Positions 48,859-58,556 of a stretch of 64,000 nucleotides of DNA are shown here, in pieces. Every line of letters starts with the position of its first letter. Within the stretch, counting starts at the first letter, position 1. The notes beneath the pieces were generated by a model, which ran no database searches, was not told where the DNA came from, and saw only the letters and a program-made list of their open reading frames with translations. A program made the position numbers and the translations under genes. This stretch comes from a bacterium (GTDB lineage: Bacteria > UBA8248): assembly GCA_965204535.1 (NCBI GenBank), contig CBDBEV010000001.1, forward strand, positions 960,001 to 1,024,000. Reading direction: 5' to 3'.

Positions 48859-49008
48859 GGGCGCTCCTTAAAAGATTCGGGGTGCGCTTCCACTGCGTTC
48901 GTTGTGGCGCGAATCAGAGATACGCTAAAGTGGCGCTCATCACAACATCCAGAGAGGCTCGCGCCGATTTTCTCTCGCCAAAGCCATCATTTCGAGGAGA
49001 CGGATTCG

Positions 49009-50133
49009 ATGTCCACCGTTCAGGCCGCCACGATTCTACAGCCGGGCGAGATCGCCCTGCGCGAATACCCCATGCCCGAGATTGAGGACGACGCCCTTTT
49101 GATGCGGGTGGCCGCCGTGGGCGTCTGCGGTTCGGACAAGCACATGTACGGGGGCAACCTGGATCTGGCATGGCCCGTCATTCCGGGGCATGAGTTCAGC
49201 GGAATCGTCGAGAAGTTGGGGCCACAGGCCAATGCGAACATGAAGGTCGTGGGCGGCCCCATCAAGGAGGGCGACGCCATCACCGTGACGCCGGGCAGCC
49301 AGGCGTGCGGAAAATGCTGGTTCTGCATTCACGTGCCGCACCGTCCCCAGTTGTGCCCGAACCGCACGGTGTTCGGCTTCCGCACCTCCGCCGAGGCGCC
49401 GCACCTTTTCGGGGCGTTTTCAGAATACATGTACATTCCCGGAAACTCCTTCGTCCTGAAGCTGCCCGAGGGTCTCTCGCTCGATCGCGCCACGCTCTGC
49501 GAACCCCTGGCGGTGGCCCAGAGGGCGGCCGGCCGCTCACTCTCGCCGGGCATCCCCTACGCGGGGGAGGGGTTCGGCGTGGGCGCGCGCTGCGCCGTCA
49601 TGGGCGTGGGCCCCATTGGATTGCTCGTGGTGGCCGCTCTCAAGACGATGGGGGCGGGCGAGATCATTGCGGTGGACATGACCGAAGAAAGACTCGCGTT
49701 CTCCAGAAAATTCGGGGCCACGAAGACGGTGAGCCTGGCGGCGCTTACGCAGGAGGAGAGAAAAGAGCAGATCCTCTCCTGGACGGACGGCGTGGGGCCG
49801 GACGTGGTGGTCGAGGCGGCGGGCGTTCCCGCGGCCTTCGCCGAGGGGCTGGACATCGTCCGCCGGGGCGGGAAACTCGTCGAAGTCGGTCATTACGGCG
49901 ACCCGGGCGGGGTGGAGATCAGGCCCCACCAGGTGTGCAACAAGGACGTGGACATCTGCGGCTCATGGGCGTATCCCCAGGTGCAGTTCGAACCGGCGAT
50001 GGACATGCTCCTGAGAACGGACCTGCCGATTGACGACATCTTCACCCACCGCCTGCCCCTCTCCCAGGTGCAGGCGGGGATCGAAGTCACGGGCACGGGG
50101 GAGTGCCTGAAAGTCCTGCTCAAGCCGGATTAG
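49009..50133 (+). CDS. Zinc-binding (MDR) alcohol dehydrogenase
   Basis: GVCGSD.H, GHEFSG, CGKCWFC.......C and G.GPIG. Confidence 0.92.
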   Translation: MSTVQAATILQPGEIALREYPMPEIEDDALLMRVAAVGVCGSDKHMYGGNLDLAWPVIPGHEFSGIVEKLGPQANANMKVVGGPIKEGDAITVTPGSQACGKCWFCIHVPHRPQLCPNRTVFGFRTSAEAPHLFGAFSEYMYIPGNSFVLKLPEGLSLDRATLCEPLAVAQRAAGRSLSPGIPYAGEGFGVGARCAVMGVGPIGLLVVAALKTMGAGEIIAVDMTEERLAFSRKFGATKTVSLAALTQEERKEQILSWTDGVGPDVVVEAAGVPAAFAEGLDIVRRGGKLVEVGHYGDPGGVEIRPHQVCNKDVDICGSWAYPQVQFEPAMDMLLRTDLPIDDIFTHRLPLSQVQAGIEVTGTGECLKVLLKPD

Positions 50134-50353
50134 GCCTTTCTAAAGGGGGCTGTTGAAAAGCCTGGTCTGCGGCCCTATGAAGATCGCTTTTCACTAACGA
50201 GAATATCAAATCAACTCCCCCCTTGAGGGGGAGTCGATGAAGCCGAGCGGTTTGTGCGAAGGCTGAATCGGTGGGGGGAGGTTTGCTCTGTGGCATGTCC
50301 CCCCACCGAATCGCTTGCGGGCTTACGCCCTTAGCTCTTCGACTCCCCCTCAA

Positions 50354-51869
50354 GGGGCTGTTGAAAAACCTCGTTTTGAAGCGGGATGTATGGCGGCTCA
50401 CGCGGCCTGGGAGAGGAAGCCCAATCGGCGCGTGAGGCCGCGATATGCGCTCATTCGGCGTTTCCGGGCGGCCCAGGCCCGCCACAGAGCGAATAAACCC
50501 GCGGCCACAGCGGCGGCGAGCCGCTTGAGGTTCACCGCAGTCGCCGTCAGGTAGGCCTGGATCTTCACGTTCGCAAGACCCCGGCGTACCGCCCGCGCCA
50601 GTCCGTGCCGACTCTTCGCCTCGCCGTGATAGCCCTCCGAACGCGACATGTGGCGGCGCCACAGCCGGCCCTCCTCCTCCCCCCGGCGCGCGTGGCGACG
50701 GCGCGCGCGCAACAGCGCCGGATACTCGTGCGGAATCAGAACCGCCCTGCTCGTGCGAGACGCCGACAGACAATCGGCCTTGAGCGCGCAACCCGCGCAA
50801 TCGCGGGTCCTCGATACATACCAGCGCCCCCGCTCCGTCTCCTTCCGGGGGCGCAGCGTCTTGCCACCCGGACACTTCACCACCTCATTCCGCTCGTCGT
50901 AGCGGAACAGTTGCAGCGGCACCCGGCTCTGGGTGGGTTCCTTCTTCGCCGGTATCAGCGCGGCGACCCCCCGACGCTCCAATGCGCCGTACACCTTCGA
51001 ATACGCATAACCACTATCCGCCGTCACCACCGCGGGCGCGCGACCCGTGAGCTCGCAAACCGCATCCAGCTGCGGCTCCATCATCTCCCGCTCGTTCAAC
51101 GTCCCCTCCGTCACCTCTACGTCGAGAACCACCCCACGCTCGTCGTCCACCACCGCGTGGTGCTTATAGCTCGGCTCGAACCCCGCCCGAGCGCTCTTGC
51201 GCGCCAGGCGCGCGTCGGGGTCCGTTCGGCTCACCGGACCCGAACCCCCGCCGCCGCCCTTCTTCCCCGTCTCATCCTCCGAGTCGTTCTCCCGCACCAC
51301 CTTCTCCGCGTGGCGCTCCGCCAGACTCTCCCAGCTCACGTCCGCGCGTATCAAAGACGCGTCCATGTGAACCACTTCTCCCTTCGCCACCTTCGCCTCC
51401 ACGCAAGACTGAACCGTGCGCCGAAATATCTCCTTGAACCGCTCCTCCCCCCAGCGTTGACGGATACGCGTCAGGCTCGAATGATCCGGCAAATCCTCGT
51501 CCAGCCTGTACCCGATGAACCACCGGACCGCCAGATGCGCCTGCGCCTCGCGCAGCAGGCGGCGGTCCTCCGCGTAGCCCAGCAGCAGGCCCGCCAGCAT
51601 CAACCGGATCACCACTTCCGGGTCGATCCCCGGTCGACCGTTGTCCGCGCAATAGCACTCCGCCACTTCCTCGCGAAGCCAACTCAAATCCAGTACGCGG
51701 TCCACCTGGCGCAATATGTGATCTTCGGGAATCAACTTCTCCAGCGGGCCGGCCACGAACAAGTCCATCTGCTCGCGCCTCTTGCGGTCCAACATCTCCG
51801 GAACTCCCATCTCGGGCGAGGGGGAATACATCCATACGATCACAAAACCAGGGGTTTTTCAACAGCCCC
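50354..51869 (-). mobile_element. IS1182-family insertion sequence (second, divergent type)
   Basis: Perfect 17-bp inverted repeats GGGGCTGTTGAAAAACC / GGTTTTTCAACAGCCCC, with CTCAA duplicated on both sides. Exact TSD length is ambiguous. Confidence 0.88.
50398..51795 (-). CDS. IS1182 family transposase
   Basis: LIPEDH.LR.VD, GRPGIDPE, RWFIGY.L....PDHSSL...R.RW, HMDAS and TADSGY. Confidence 0.93.
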   Translation of the reverse strand: MLDRKRREQMDLFVAGPLEKLIPEDHILRQVDRVLDLSWLREEVAECYCADNGRPGIDPEVVIRLMLAGLLLGYAEDRRLLREAQAHLAVRWFIGYRLDEDLPDHSSLTRIRQRWGEERFKEIFRRTVQSCVEAKVAKGEVVHMDASLIRADVSWESLAERHAEKVVRENDSEDETGKKGGGGGSGPVSRTDPDARLARKSARAGFEPSYKHHAVVDDERGVVLDVEVTEGTLNEREMMEPQLDAVCELTGRAPAVVTADSGYAYSKVYGALERRGVAALIPAKKEPTQSRVPLQLFRYDERNEVVKCPGGKTLRPRKETERGRWYVSRTRDCAGCALKADCLSASRTSRAVLIPHEYPALLRARRRHARRGEEEGRLWRRHMSRSEGYHGEAKSRHGLARAVRRGLANVKIQAYLTATAVNLKRLAAAVAAGLFALWRAWAARKRRMSAYRGLTRRLGFLSQAA

Positions 51870-51950
51870 CTCAAGGGGGGAGTGATTTTTCTCTCTCGTC
51901 GGTCGGTTACATACGACAAATCCAGAGTTCCGGACTTTTTCAACAACCCC

Positions 51951-53627
51951 TTACGGGCTGGGAATCGAGTCGAAATCCATCTCCAGCAGATTCAGCGTCT
52001 CGGCGCGCTCGCAGTCACCGAGGTCGAGGTCGTCCAGTTTTTCGAGCCCCGCGAGCATGCTCGTGACGCCTTGGGCAAGTCCCTCCGGCGAGATTTTATC
52101 CGCATCAATCGCATAGCCCATGGTTTTCGCCATGGCGAGGATGTGGGCGGCGGCTTCTGACTTCGATGCTTCCTGGGATGAGGAAGCGGAGCCTTCGTCC
52201 GGGAACGGTTCGGGAGTCGGTTGCTCGTCGACCTCGGGCGGCTTCATCTGCCATAAGGGATTGTCGTCTTCCAGCGCCTTGCCGGTGCGGAACAGGCGCG
52301 CCTCATCCCCCCATCTCCCCGCAATCTGGATGCCGACGGGCAGGCCTGCTTTCGTGAACCCGCAAGGGACCTGGAGGACGGGGTTGCCGATGGTGCTGAA
52401 GGCGGCCGTGTTGTCGCTCACTATCGGCCACATTTTCATGCCGTCGAGACAGTCCGCGATGGTGGGCGGGGCGACCGCGACGGTGGGCGTGAGCACGGCG
52501 TCCACACTTTTGAAAACCTCCGCCGCCTGCCGGATGAAGAACGTTCGTGCCTTTTGCGCCTGCACGTAGCGCCAGCCCGGAATGAACAGGCTGTACTCGA
52601 AAAAGTCCGCTCCGGGCGAGACGTAGCCGTCGCGATGGTTTTCCAGATACTTCCGGTGATATTCCGCACCCTCGGGCCCCACCGTCGCGGCATAGGCGAC
52701 CTGGCCGAGCCGCGCCCAGGGGATTTCCACTTCCACGAGACTCGCGCCCATCTTCTCGTATCGCGCGATGGCCTCGCGGACGACCGCCTCTGCTTCTGTG
52801 TCCTCGCCCGGCCAGAAGTGATTCGTCGGAACGCCCAGCGTCATGCCGCCCACGCCCTCGTTCACGGATTCGAGAAAATCGGGCACGGGCCTGGTTCCCG
52901 TCGTCGGGTCTTTGGGGTCGGGACCGGCGATGGTTCCCAGGATGAGGGCGGCGTCCTCCACCGTGCGCGCGAGGGGCCCCACGTTGTCGAAGCTGAGTCC
53001 CAGCGGCACGGCGCCCGCCCGGCTCACCCGGCCGTAGGTGGAGCGGATGCCCACCAGATTGCAAAACGAAGCGGGCAGGCGCACCGAGCCGCCCGTGTCG
53101 GAACCGAGTGCGGCCGCCGCCATCCCCGCCGCCACGCAGGCGGCCGAGCCGCTGCTGCTTCCCCCGGGCGTGTGATCGAGGCTCCAGGGGTTTCGCGCCG
53201 GGCCGAAGGCGCTGTTCGCCCCGGTGCCGCCGCGCGCGAATTCCTGCAGATTCGTCTTCCCGACGATGACCGCCCCCGCTTCGATGAGCCTGCGCACGCA
53301 GTCCGCCGTTTCGCTCGCGGCGGTTTTCCCCAGAATCCGGCTGCCCGCCGTGGTCGGGTGGCCCTCCAGGTCGAACAGGTCCTTGAGCGCGACGGGAATC
53401 CCGTGGAGCGGCCCCCGGCAGTTTCCCTGCGCGAGTTCGGAATCCAGCCGCTCCGCCTGTTCCCTGGCGAGTTCGAAGGTGGTTCTCGTGAAGGCGTTAA
53501 TGGTCGGGTCCAGCTTCTCGATTCTGACGATGTGGGCCTCGATCACCTCGCTCGGCTTCGCTTCGCCGTTTTGGATGAGGGCGGCCAGTTCCGTGATGGG
53601 GCGGTGCAGCAGTTCGTCGGGATTCAT
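51951..53627 (-). CDS. Amidase signature (GatA/AtzE-like) enzyme with C-terminal extension
   Basis: GPLHGIPVALKD, GKTN..EFA, PGGSSSGS and GSDTGGSVRLPA. The real start is MNPDELL at 53627. Confidence 0.92.
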   Translation of the reverse strand: MNPDELLHRPITELAALIQNGEAKPSEVIEAHIVRIEKLDPTINAFTRTTFELAREQAERLDSELAQGNCRGPLHGIPVALKDLFDLEGHPTTAGSRILGKTAASETADCVRRLIEAGAVIVGKTNLQEFARGGTGANSAFGPARNPWSLDHTPGGSSSGSAACVAAGMAAAALGSDTGGSVRLPASFCNLVGIRSTYGRVSRAGAVPLGLSFDNVGPLARTVEDAALILGTIAGPDPKDPTTGTRPVPDFLESVNEGVGGMTLGVPTNHFWPGEDTEAEAVVREAIARYEKMGASLVEVEIPWARLGQVAYAATVGPEGAEYHRKYLENHRDGYVSPGADFFEYSLFIPGWRYVQAQKARTFFIRQAAEVFKSVDAVLTPTVAVAPPTIADCLDGMKMWPIVSDNTAAFSTIGNPVLQVPCGFTKAGLPVGIQIAGRWGDEARLFRTGKALEDDNPLWQMKPPEVDEQPTPEPFPDEGSASSSQEASKSEAAAHILAMAKTMGYAIDADKISPEGLAQGVTSMLAGLEKLDDLDLGDCERAETLNLLEMDFDSIPSP

Positions 53628-53825
53628 GAAAACTCTCCAAAGGGGTTTCGTTGGTTTCGGGCGATTATATTCCAGGTGGCGGGGGAGTCGAAACGAAAGC
53701 GGGCGTTCTTCCCAAAATGCGGCGGACGCCCATAGTGTGCCGGGCCGGTCTTTATCGCTTGGCAAGCGACGCCATGAAGGGTAAAAGCACATCACCAAAG
53801 ATGATGAAAGAAAAGGAGATTTTTC

Positions 53826-54731
53826 ATGAAACTCTACCGGACGATTCTCTTCGCCCCCGGAAACAGGGAGAGAATGCTCGCGAAGGTGGGCAAGGCCGGG
53901 GCCGACGCCGTCGTTCTGGACCTGGAAGACGCCGTGCCCGCCGATGAGAAGACGGCAACGCGGAATGCGCTCGGTGCTGCGGTCAAGACGATAGCCGAAG
54001 AAGACGGGGCGGACGTTTTCGTGCGCGTGAATCCTTTGGATGACGTGACGGGCTTTTCGATCGCCTGCGGGCCGGAGGACATCGCGGCCGTCGTGGGGCC
54101 CGCGCTCCGGGGAATCGTGCTGCCCAAGGCGGAGAACGCCGGGCAAATACTCGCGGCGGACCGGCTGCTTCGCGACGCGGAGAGAAAGGCGGGCTGTGAA
54201 ACGGGGAGCGTGCATCTGCTCGCCATCCTCGAAAACGCCCGGGGCGTGGAGGACGCCTTCGCCATCGCCTCCGCCGATACGGGGGAGCGGCGCTTCCAGC
54301 TCGCCTTCGGGGCGGGGGATTACACCAACGATCTGGACGTCGAATGGCCGCGCGATGAGTTCACCTTCGACTACCCGCGCTCTCGCATCGCGGTGGCCTC
54401 GCGCAGCGCGGGCCGGGAGAAGCCGCTCGACACGGTCTGGATTGCGCTGGACGATCAGGAAGGCCTCGCCGCCAGCGCGGACAGATGCCGCGCCCTCGGC
54501 ATGTTCGGCAAGTTCTGTATCCACCCCAAGCAGGTGGAAGTCGTGAACCACGCGTTCACGCCGACGAAAGAAGAGGTCGAAAAGGCGCGCGAGGTGGTCG
54601 CCGCCTTCAAGGAGGCGACGGCGCGCGGGGAGGCGAGCGTTTCCGTCGGCGGGCGCATGATCGATTATCCGGTGGTCGAGGCGGCGGAAAAAGTCATTGC
54701 CCTGGCCGATGCTTTCGGAACGAAGGACTGA
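53826..54731 (+). CDS. CitE/HpcH family CoA-ester lyase
   Basis: R..LFAPG, DAVVLDLEDAV, VRVN, LPK.E, G..D, GK.CIHP.Q and G.MID.PV. Confidence 0.92.
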   Translation: MKLYRTILFAPGNRERMLAKVGKAGADAVVLDLEDAVPADEKTATRNALGAAVKTIAEEDGADVFVRVNPLDDVTGFSIACGPEDIAAVVGPALRGIVLPKAENAGQILAADRLLRDAERKAGCETGSVHLLAILENARGVEDAFAIASADTGERRFQLAFGAGDYTNDLDVEWPRDEFTFDYPRSRIAVASRSAGREKPLDTVWIALDDQEGLAASADRCRALGMFGKFCIHPKQVEVVNHAFTPTKEEVEKAREVVAAFKEATARGEASVSVGGRMIDYPVVEAAEKVIALADAFGTKD

Positions 54732-54754
54732 TAAGACTTCAGCGAGAGGGTGAT

Positions 54755-55759
54755 ATGAAATTCGGCATGTTCGTCATGAACCAGCACGCCCTGGGGGACG
54801 ACCCCACAGAGCGCTGGGAGGAGCATCTCGCGCAGGTGCGCCTCATTAGAGACCTGGGCTTTCACAGCGTGTGGTGCGGCCAGCACTACCTCACCGAGGG
54901 CGTGTGGATGATGCAGACCTGGCCGAGCGTCGCCCAGGTGGCGGCCCACGCGGGCGATATGACCGTCGGCACGGGCATCCTCCTGCTCGCGCTTCACAAT
55001 CCGGTGGACGTGGCCGAGCAGGTCGCCACGCTCGACGCCATGACGAAGGGCCGCTTCGTCCTCGGCGTGGGGCTGGGCTACCGCGAACCCGAATACCGCG
55101 CGTTCGGCCTCGCAAAACCCTGGCGCGTGAAGGCGTTCGAGGAAAAACTCGAAGCCGTCACCCGCCTGCTCGAAGAGGGAACGCTCGATTATGAGGGCGA
55201 GGTGGTAAAACTCGAAGACGTGAACCTCACCATGCGGCCCATCCAGAAGCCCAGGCCGCCCATCTGGATAGCGGCGAACGGCGACGGCGCAGTGAAGCGC
55301 GCGGCCAGGATGGGAGAGGCGTGGTTCCTGAACCCCCATGCGCGCTTCGACACCCTGAAGCGCCAGATGGAGATGTTTCACGCTGAGCGCGCCTCCGCAG
55401 GAAAAGGCGCGCCCGATGCGATGCCGGTGATCAAGGAGATGTTCATCGGCGCGGACAGGGAGAGCGCCTTTCGCGAGTGCGCGGATTACCTGGCGGTGAA
55501 ATACGATGTCTACGTGAAGTGGGGCCAGAGCGAGGCGCTGCCGAGCAGCGACACGCTCCGGATGCCGCTCGACGAGCTTCGCTCCGACAGGTTCCTCATC
55601 GGTTCGGCGGAGGACGTGGCCGAGGACATCGCGCGCCACCGCGACGAGCTGGGCGTCGACCACATGGCGTTTCGCGTCCAGTGGCCGGGGATGCCGCAGG
55701 AACTCGTCCTGAGGACGCTCGAGCGCTTCGCCAAAGAGGTGATGCCCGCGTTCGTCTAG
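54755..55759 (+). CDS. LLM class (luciferase-like) oxidoreductase
   Basis: GF..VW..QH, P.DVAEQVATLD, GRF.LG.GLGYR..E and P.QKP.PPIWI. Confidence 0.9.
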   Translation: MKFGMFVMNQHALGDDPTERWEEHLAQVRLIRDLGFHSVWCGQHYLTEGVWMMQTWPSVAQVAAHAGDMTVGTGILLLALHNPVDVAEQVATLDAMTKGRFVLGVGLGYREPEYRAFGLAKPWRVKAFEEKLEAVTRLLEEGTLDYEGEVVKLEDVNLTMRPIQKPRPPIWIAANGDGAVKRAARMGEAWFLNPHARFDTLKRQMEMFHAERASAGKGAPDAMPVIKEMFIGADRESAFRECADYLAVKYDVYVKWGQSEALPSSDTLRMPLDELRSDRFLIGSAEDVAEDIARHRDELGVDHMAFRVQWPGMPQELVLRTLERFAKEVMPAFV

Positions 55760-55807
55760 GATTCCGTGCGATTTTCTCTGAGCGGTTGTCCGCAACAGGA
55801 GGACGCC

Positions 55808-57112
55808 ATGTCGAAAGAGGAATCCGCATCCTCTGAAAACCCGGATATGTACGAATTCTTCGCCGAGGACCCGGTGGCGGCGGATCGCGCCTTTTTCGGA
55901 CGGGAATCCTGTCTCGACCGGCGCGGTTTTATGCGGGGTGCGGGGCTTGCCGCCATGACGGCGATGGTGGGCGCGGCGATTCCTTTTCACCGCAACATGC
56001 CGGCGGGCCTCATTCCGGCGGCGTTCGCCGAGGAGAGCGTGCTGGTCGGGAAAGACGGCCTGACGCTGCTGAACAAGCGGCCGATGAACGCCGAGACTCC
56101 GCCCCATCTGCTCGACGACCCGATCACCCCGAGGTCCCGCCACTTCATCCGCAACAACGGCGTTCCGCCCGCCGAAGCGTCAGCGGACGCCTGGACCCTC
56201 ACCGTTGATGGTCTCGTGGAGCGCCCCATGACCTTGTCGATCGCCGAACTTCGTTCGAGGTTCGAAGTCGTCACGATGGCCCTCGTCATCGAATGCGGGG
56301 GCAACGGACGAGCCTTCTTCAAACCGCCGGTGAAGGGTACCCAGTGGACCCACGGGGCGGTCGCCTGTTCGGAGTGGACGGGCGTGCGGCTCAAGGACGT
56401 GCTGGCGGCGGCCGGCGTGCGGCCCGGCGTCGTCTACACCGCCCACGTCGGCGCCGATGGAGACCTCTCCGGTGAGCCGGGCAAGCTGCCCATCTCGCGT
56501 GGCGTGCCGATCGCCAAGGCGGTGACGGAGGGCGTGCTCATCGCCTTCGGCCAGAACGGCGGCCCGATTCATCCGATGAACGGGGCGCCGCTGCGGCTCG
56601 TCGTCCCCGGCTGGCCGGGGTCGTGCTCGCAGAAATGGCTCCGGCGCATCTACCTCCGCGACGTCGTGCACGACGGCCCCAAGATGACCGGCGCCTCCTA
56701 CCGCGTGCCGCGATATAGGATCGAACTGGGCGAGAAGGTCGAGGAGAAAGATTTCGTCATCATCGAGCGGATGCCCGTCAAATCGCTGATCACCCACCCC
56801 GCGAACGGGGCGGCGGCGGGGCGCGCCGTGGAGGTGCGCGGCCATGCCTGGTCGGGAGACCGGACGGTCGCCGCGGTCGACCTCTCCCATGACTTCGGCG
56901 CGACCTGGAAGCCGGCGGCGCTGGACGCCCCCGTGAACGACGGCGCCTGGCAGAACTTCCGCGCCGAGGTAAGGCTGCCCGAGGCCGGGTACTACGAGGT
57001 CTGGGCGCGGGCGACCGACAGCGCGGGAGTGATGCAGCCCCACGCCATCGACTGGAACCCGAAGGGATACCTCAACAACACGATGCACCGGGTCGCGCTT
57101 CGGGTGTCGTGA
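55808..57112 (+). CDS. Tat-exported sulfite oxidase family molybdoenzyme (SorA/SorT-like)
   Basis: DRRGFM Tat motif, N.ETP..LL, FIRNNG, ECGGNGR, G.PLRLVVPGW.G..SQKWL, and a dimerisation domain. Confidence 0.88.
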   Translation: MSKEESASSENPDMYEFFAEDPVAADRAFFGRESCLDRRGFMRGAGLAAMTAMVGAAIPFHRNMPAGLIPAAFAEESVLVGKDGLTLLNKRPMNAETPPHLLDDPITPRSRHFIRNNGVPPAEASADAWTLTVDGLVERPMTLSIAELRSRFEVVTMALVIECGGNGRAFFKPPVKGTQWTHGAVACSEWTGVRLKDVLAAAGVRPGVVYTAHVGADGDLSGEPGKLPISRGVPIAKAVTEGVLIAFGQNGGPIHPMNGAPLRLVVPGWPGSCSQKWLRRIYLRDVVHDGPKMTGASYRVPRYRIELGEKVEEKDFVIIERMPVKSLITHPANGAAAGRAVEVRGHAWSGDRTVAAVDLSHDFGATWKPAALDAPVNDGAWQNFRAEVRLPEAGYYEVWARATDSAGVMQPHAIDWNPKGYLNNTMHRVALRVS

Positions 57113-57129
57113 ATAGTTGATGCCTGGGT

Positions 57130-58299
57130 TCAAGTTCCCGACAACTCCCTCAGCACGTCCTTGAGAGCCGCCTTGTCCTCGATGCCGAGACCGGGCAGGT
57201 CGGGAAAGCTGACATAGCCGTCTTCCACCGCCACGCCGTCGGCGAAGCCGTTGAAGGGCTTGAACACGTCGGGGTAGGACTCGCTGCCGCCGAGGCCGAG
57301 CCCGCCCGCGATGTTGAGCGAGAGCTGGTGTCCGCCGTGGGGGATGAACGAGCGGGACGACCAGCCGTGTTCCTCCGCCATATCGAGCGTTCTCAGGTAT
57401 TCCACCAGGCCGTAGCTCAGCGCGCAGTCGAACTGCAGGATGTCCACGCCCGGCCGCATCCCCCCGTAGCGGATCAGGTTTCTCGCATCCTGGGTGGAGA
57501 ACAGGTTCTCGCCCGTCGCCATGGGCTTGTCGTAGTGTTTGGCGAGTTCGGCCTGGAGCGCGTAGTCGAGCGGGTCGCCCGCCTCCTCGTACCAGTGCAG
57601 ATCGTAGGGCGCCAGCGCTTCTGCATAAGTGATGGCGGTTTCGAGATCGAATTTCCCGTTGGCGTCCACCGCCAGGTCCCGGCCCTCGCCCACGACCTCG
57701 AGCACCGCCTCGATTCTCCGGATATCGTCATCGAGCGATTCGCCGCCTATCTTCATCTTGACGGTGGTGTAGCCGCGATCGAGATAGCTCCTCATCTCGT
57801 TCTGGAGGGCTTTCAGGTCCTTGCCCGGATAGTAATAGCCGCCTGCGGCGTAGACGGATACCTTCTCATCGCACTCTCCGCCGCGGTAGGTATCCGCCAG
57901 ATGGCGGTAGAGCGGTTTTTCCTCGATTTTGGCCACCATGTCCCAGACCGCCATGTCGATGATGCCCACGGCGACGGAGCGGTCGCCGTGCCCGCCGGGC
58001 TTTTCGTTCTTCATCATGCAGTCCCAGATTCTGGCGGGCTCGAAGTTCGATTCCGTCTCGTTCAGCAGCGACTCGGGCGCCGCGTCTCGGAGCCTGGGGA
58101 TGAAGCGCTCGCGCAAAAGCCCCTGCTGGGCGTAGCGTCCGTTCGAGTTGAAGCCGAAGCCGACGACGCGCCTCCCGTCGCGCACCACGTCCGTGACGAG
58201 GGCGGCGACGCTCACCGTCATCAGGGAAAAATCGATGAACGCGTTTCTCAGGTCCGATTGTATGGGAACCACCGTCTCGCGGATATCGATGATCTTCAA
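57130..58299 (-). CDS. Mandelate racemase-like enolase-superfamily enzyme, D-tartrate dehydratase-like
   Basis: NAFIDFS.MT, FNSNGRY, NEKPGGHG.RSVA.G, YAAGGYY, KMKIG, VDANG, WYEE.GDPLD, ATGEN and PHGGH. Confidence 0.88.
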   Translation of the reverse strand: MKIIDIRETVVPIQSDLRNAFIDFSLMTVSVAALVTDVVRDGRRVVGFGFNSNGRYAQQGLLRERFIPRLRDAAPESLLNETESNFEPARIWDCMMKNEKPGGHGDRSVAVGIIDMAVWDMVAKIEEKPLYRHLADTYRGGECDEKVSVYAAGGYYYPGKDLKALQNEMRSYLDRGYTTVKMKIGGESLDDDIRRIEAVLEVVGEGRDLAVDANGKFDLETAITYAEALAPYDLHWYEEAGDPLDYALQAELAKHYDKPMATGENLFSTQDARNLIRYGGMRPGVDILQFDCALSYGLVEYLRTLDMAEEHGWSSRSFIPHGGHQLSLNIAGGLGLGGSESYPDVFKPFNGFADGVAVEDGYVSFPDLPGLGIEDKAALKDVLRELSGT

Positions 58300-58556
58300 G
58301 ATTCTCTCCCGTTTCGGTTTGATGTTGCGCTTCTGGTGAACGCGGCGATTCTACAGCCTTTTCCTGAAAAAGGTGAAGCGGAGCCGGGCGCCGCGAGAGC
58401 CTTGAAACGGGCGAAGGGCGATTCAACCCGGTTTTTGGGATCCGTGTAATAAAACCACAACAAAAATCGGGTATGATGCTCCTTCGTATGGTGGATGCGT
58501 TTGACGGCTCGCGATTTTGTGCATCGCAGGGATGAAATTTTTCAGGCGGGAGAAAG

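Larger units (their letters stand above)
50146..51950. mobile_element. MITE-like element into which an IS1182 has inserted
   Basis: Outer ends GGGGCTGTTGAAAAG / CTTTTTCAACAACCCC. The core is split by the IS; the last ~80 bp are the reverse complement of 9299-9380. Confidence 0.75.

Noticed and set aside
51951-54551. 866-aa amidase as given in the ORF track (similar over-extensions at 12497, 30017, 48553, 54485)
   Set aside because: The N-terminal extensions overlap other genes, repeats or promoters; downstream starts that fit the domain boundaries were chosen instead.
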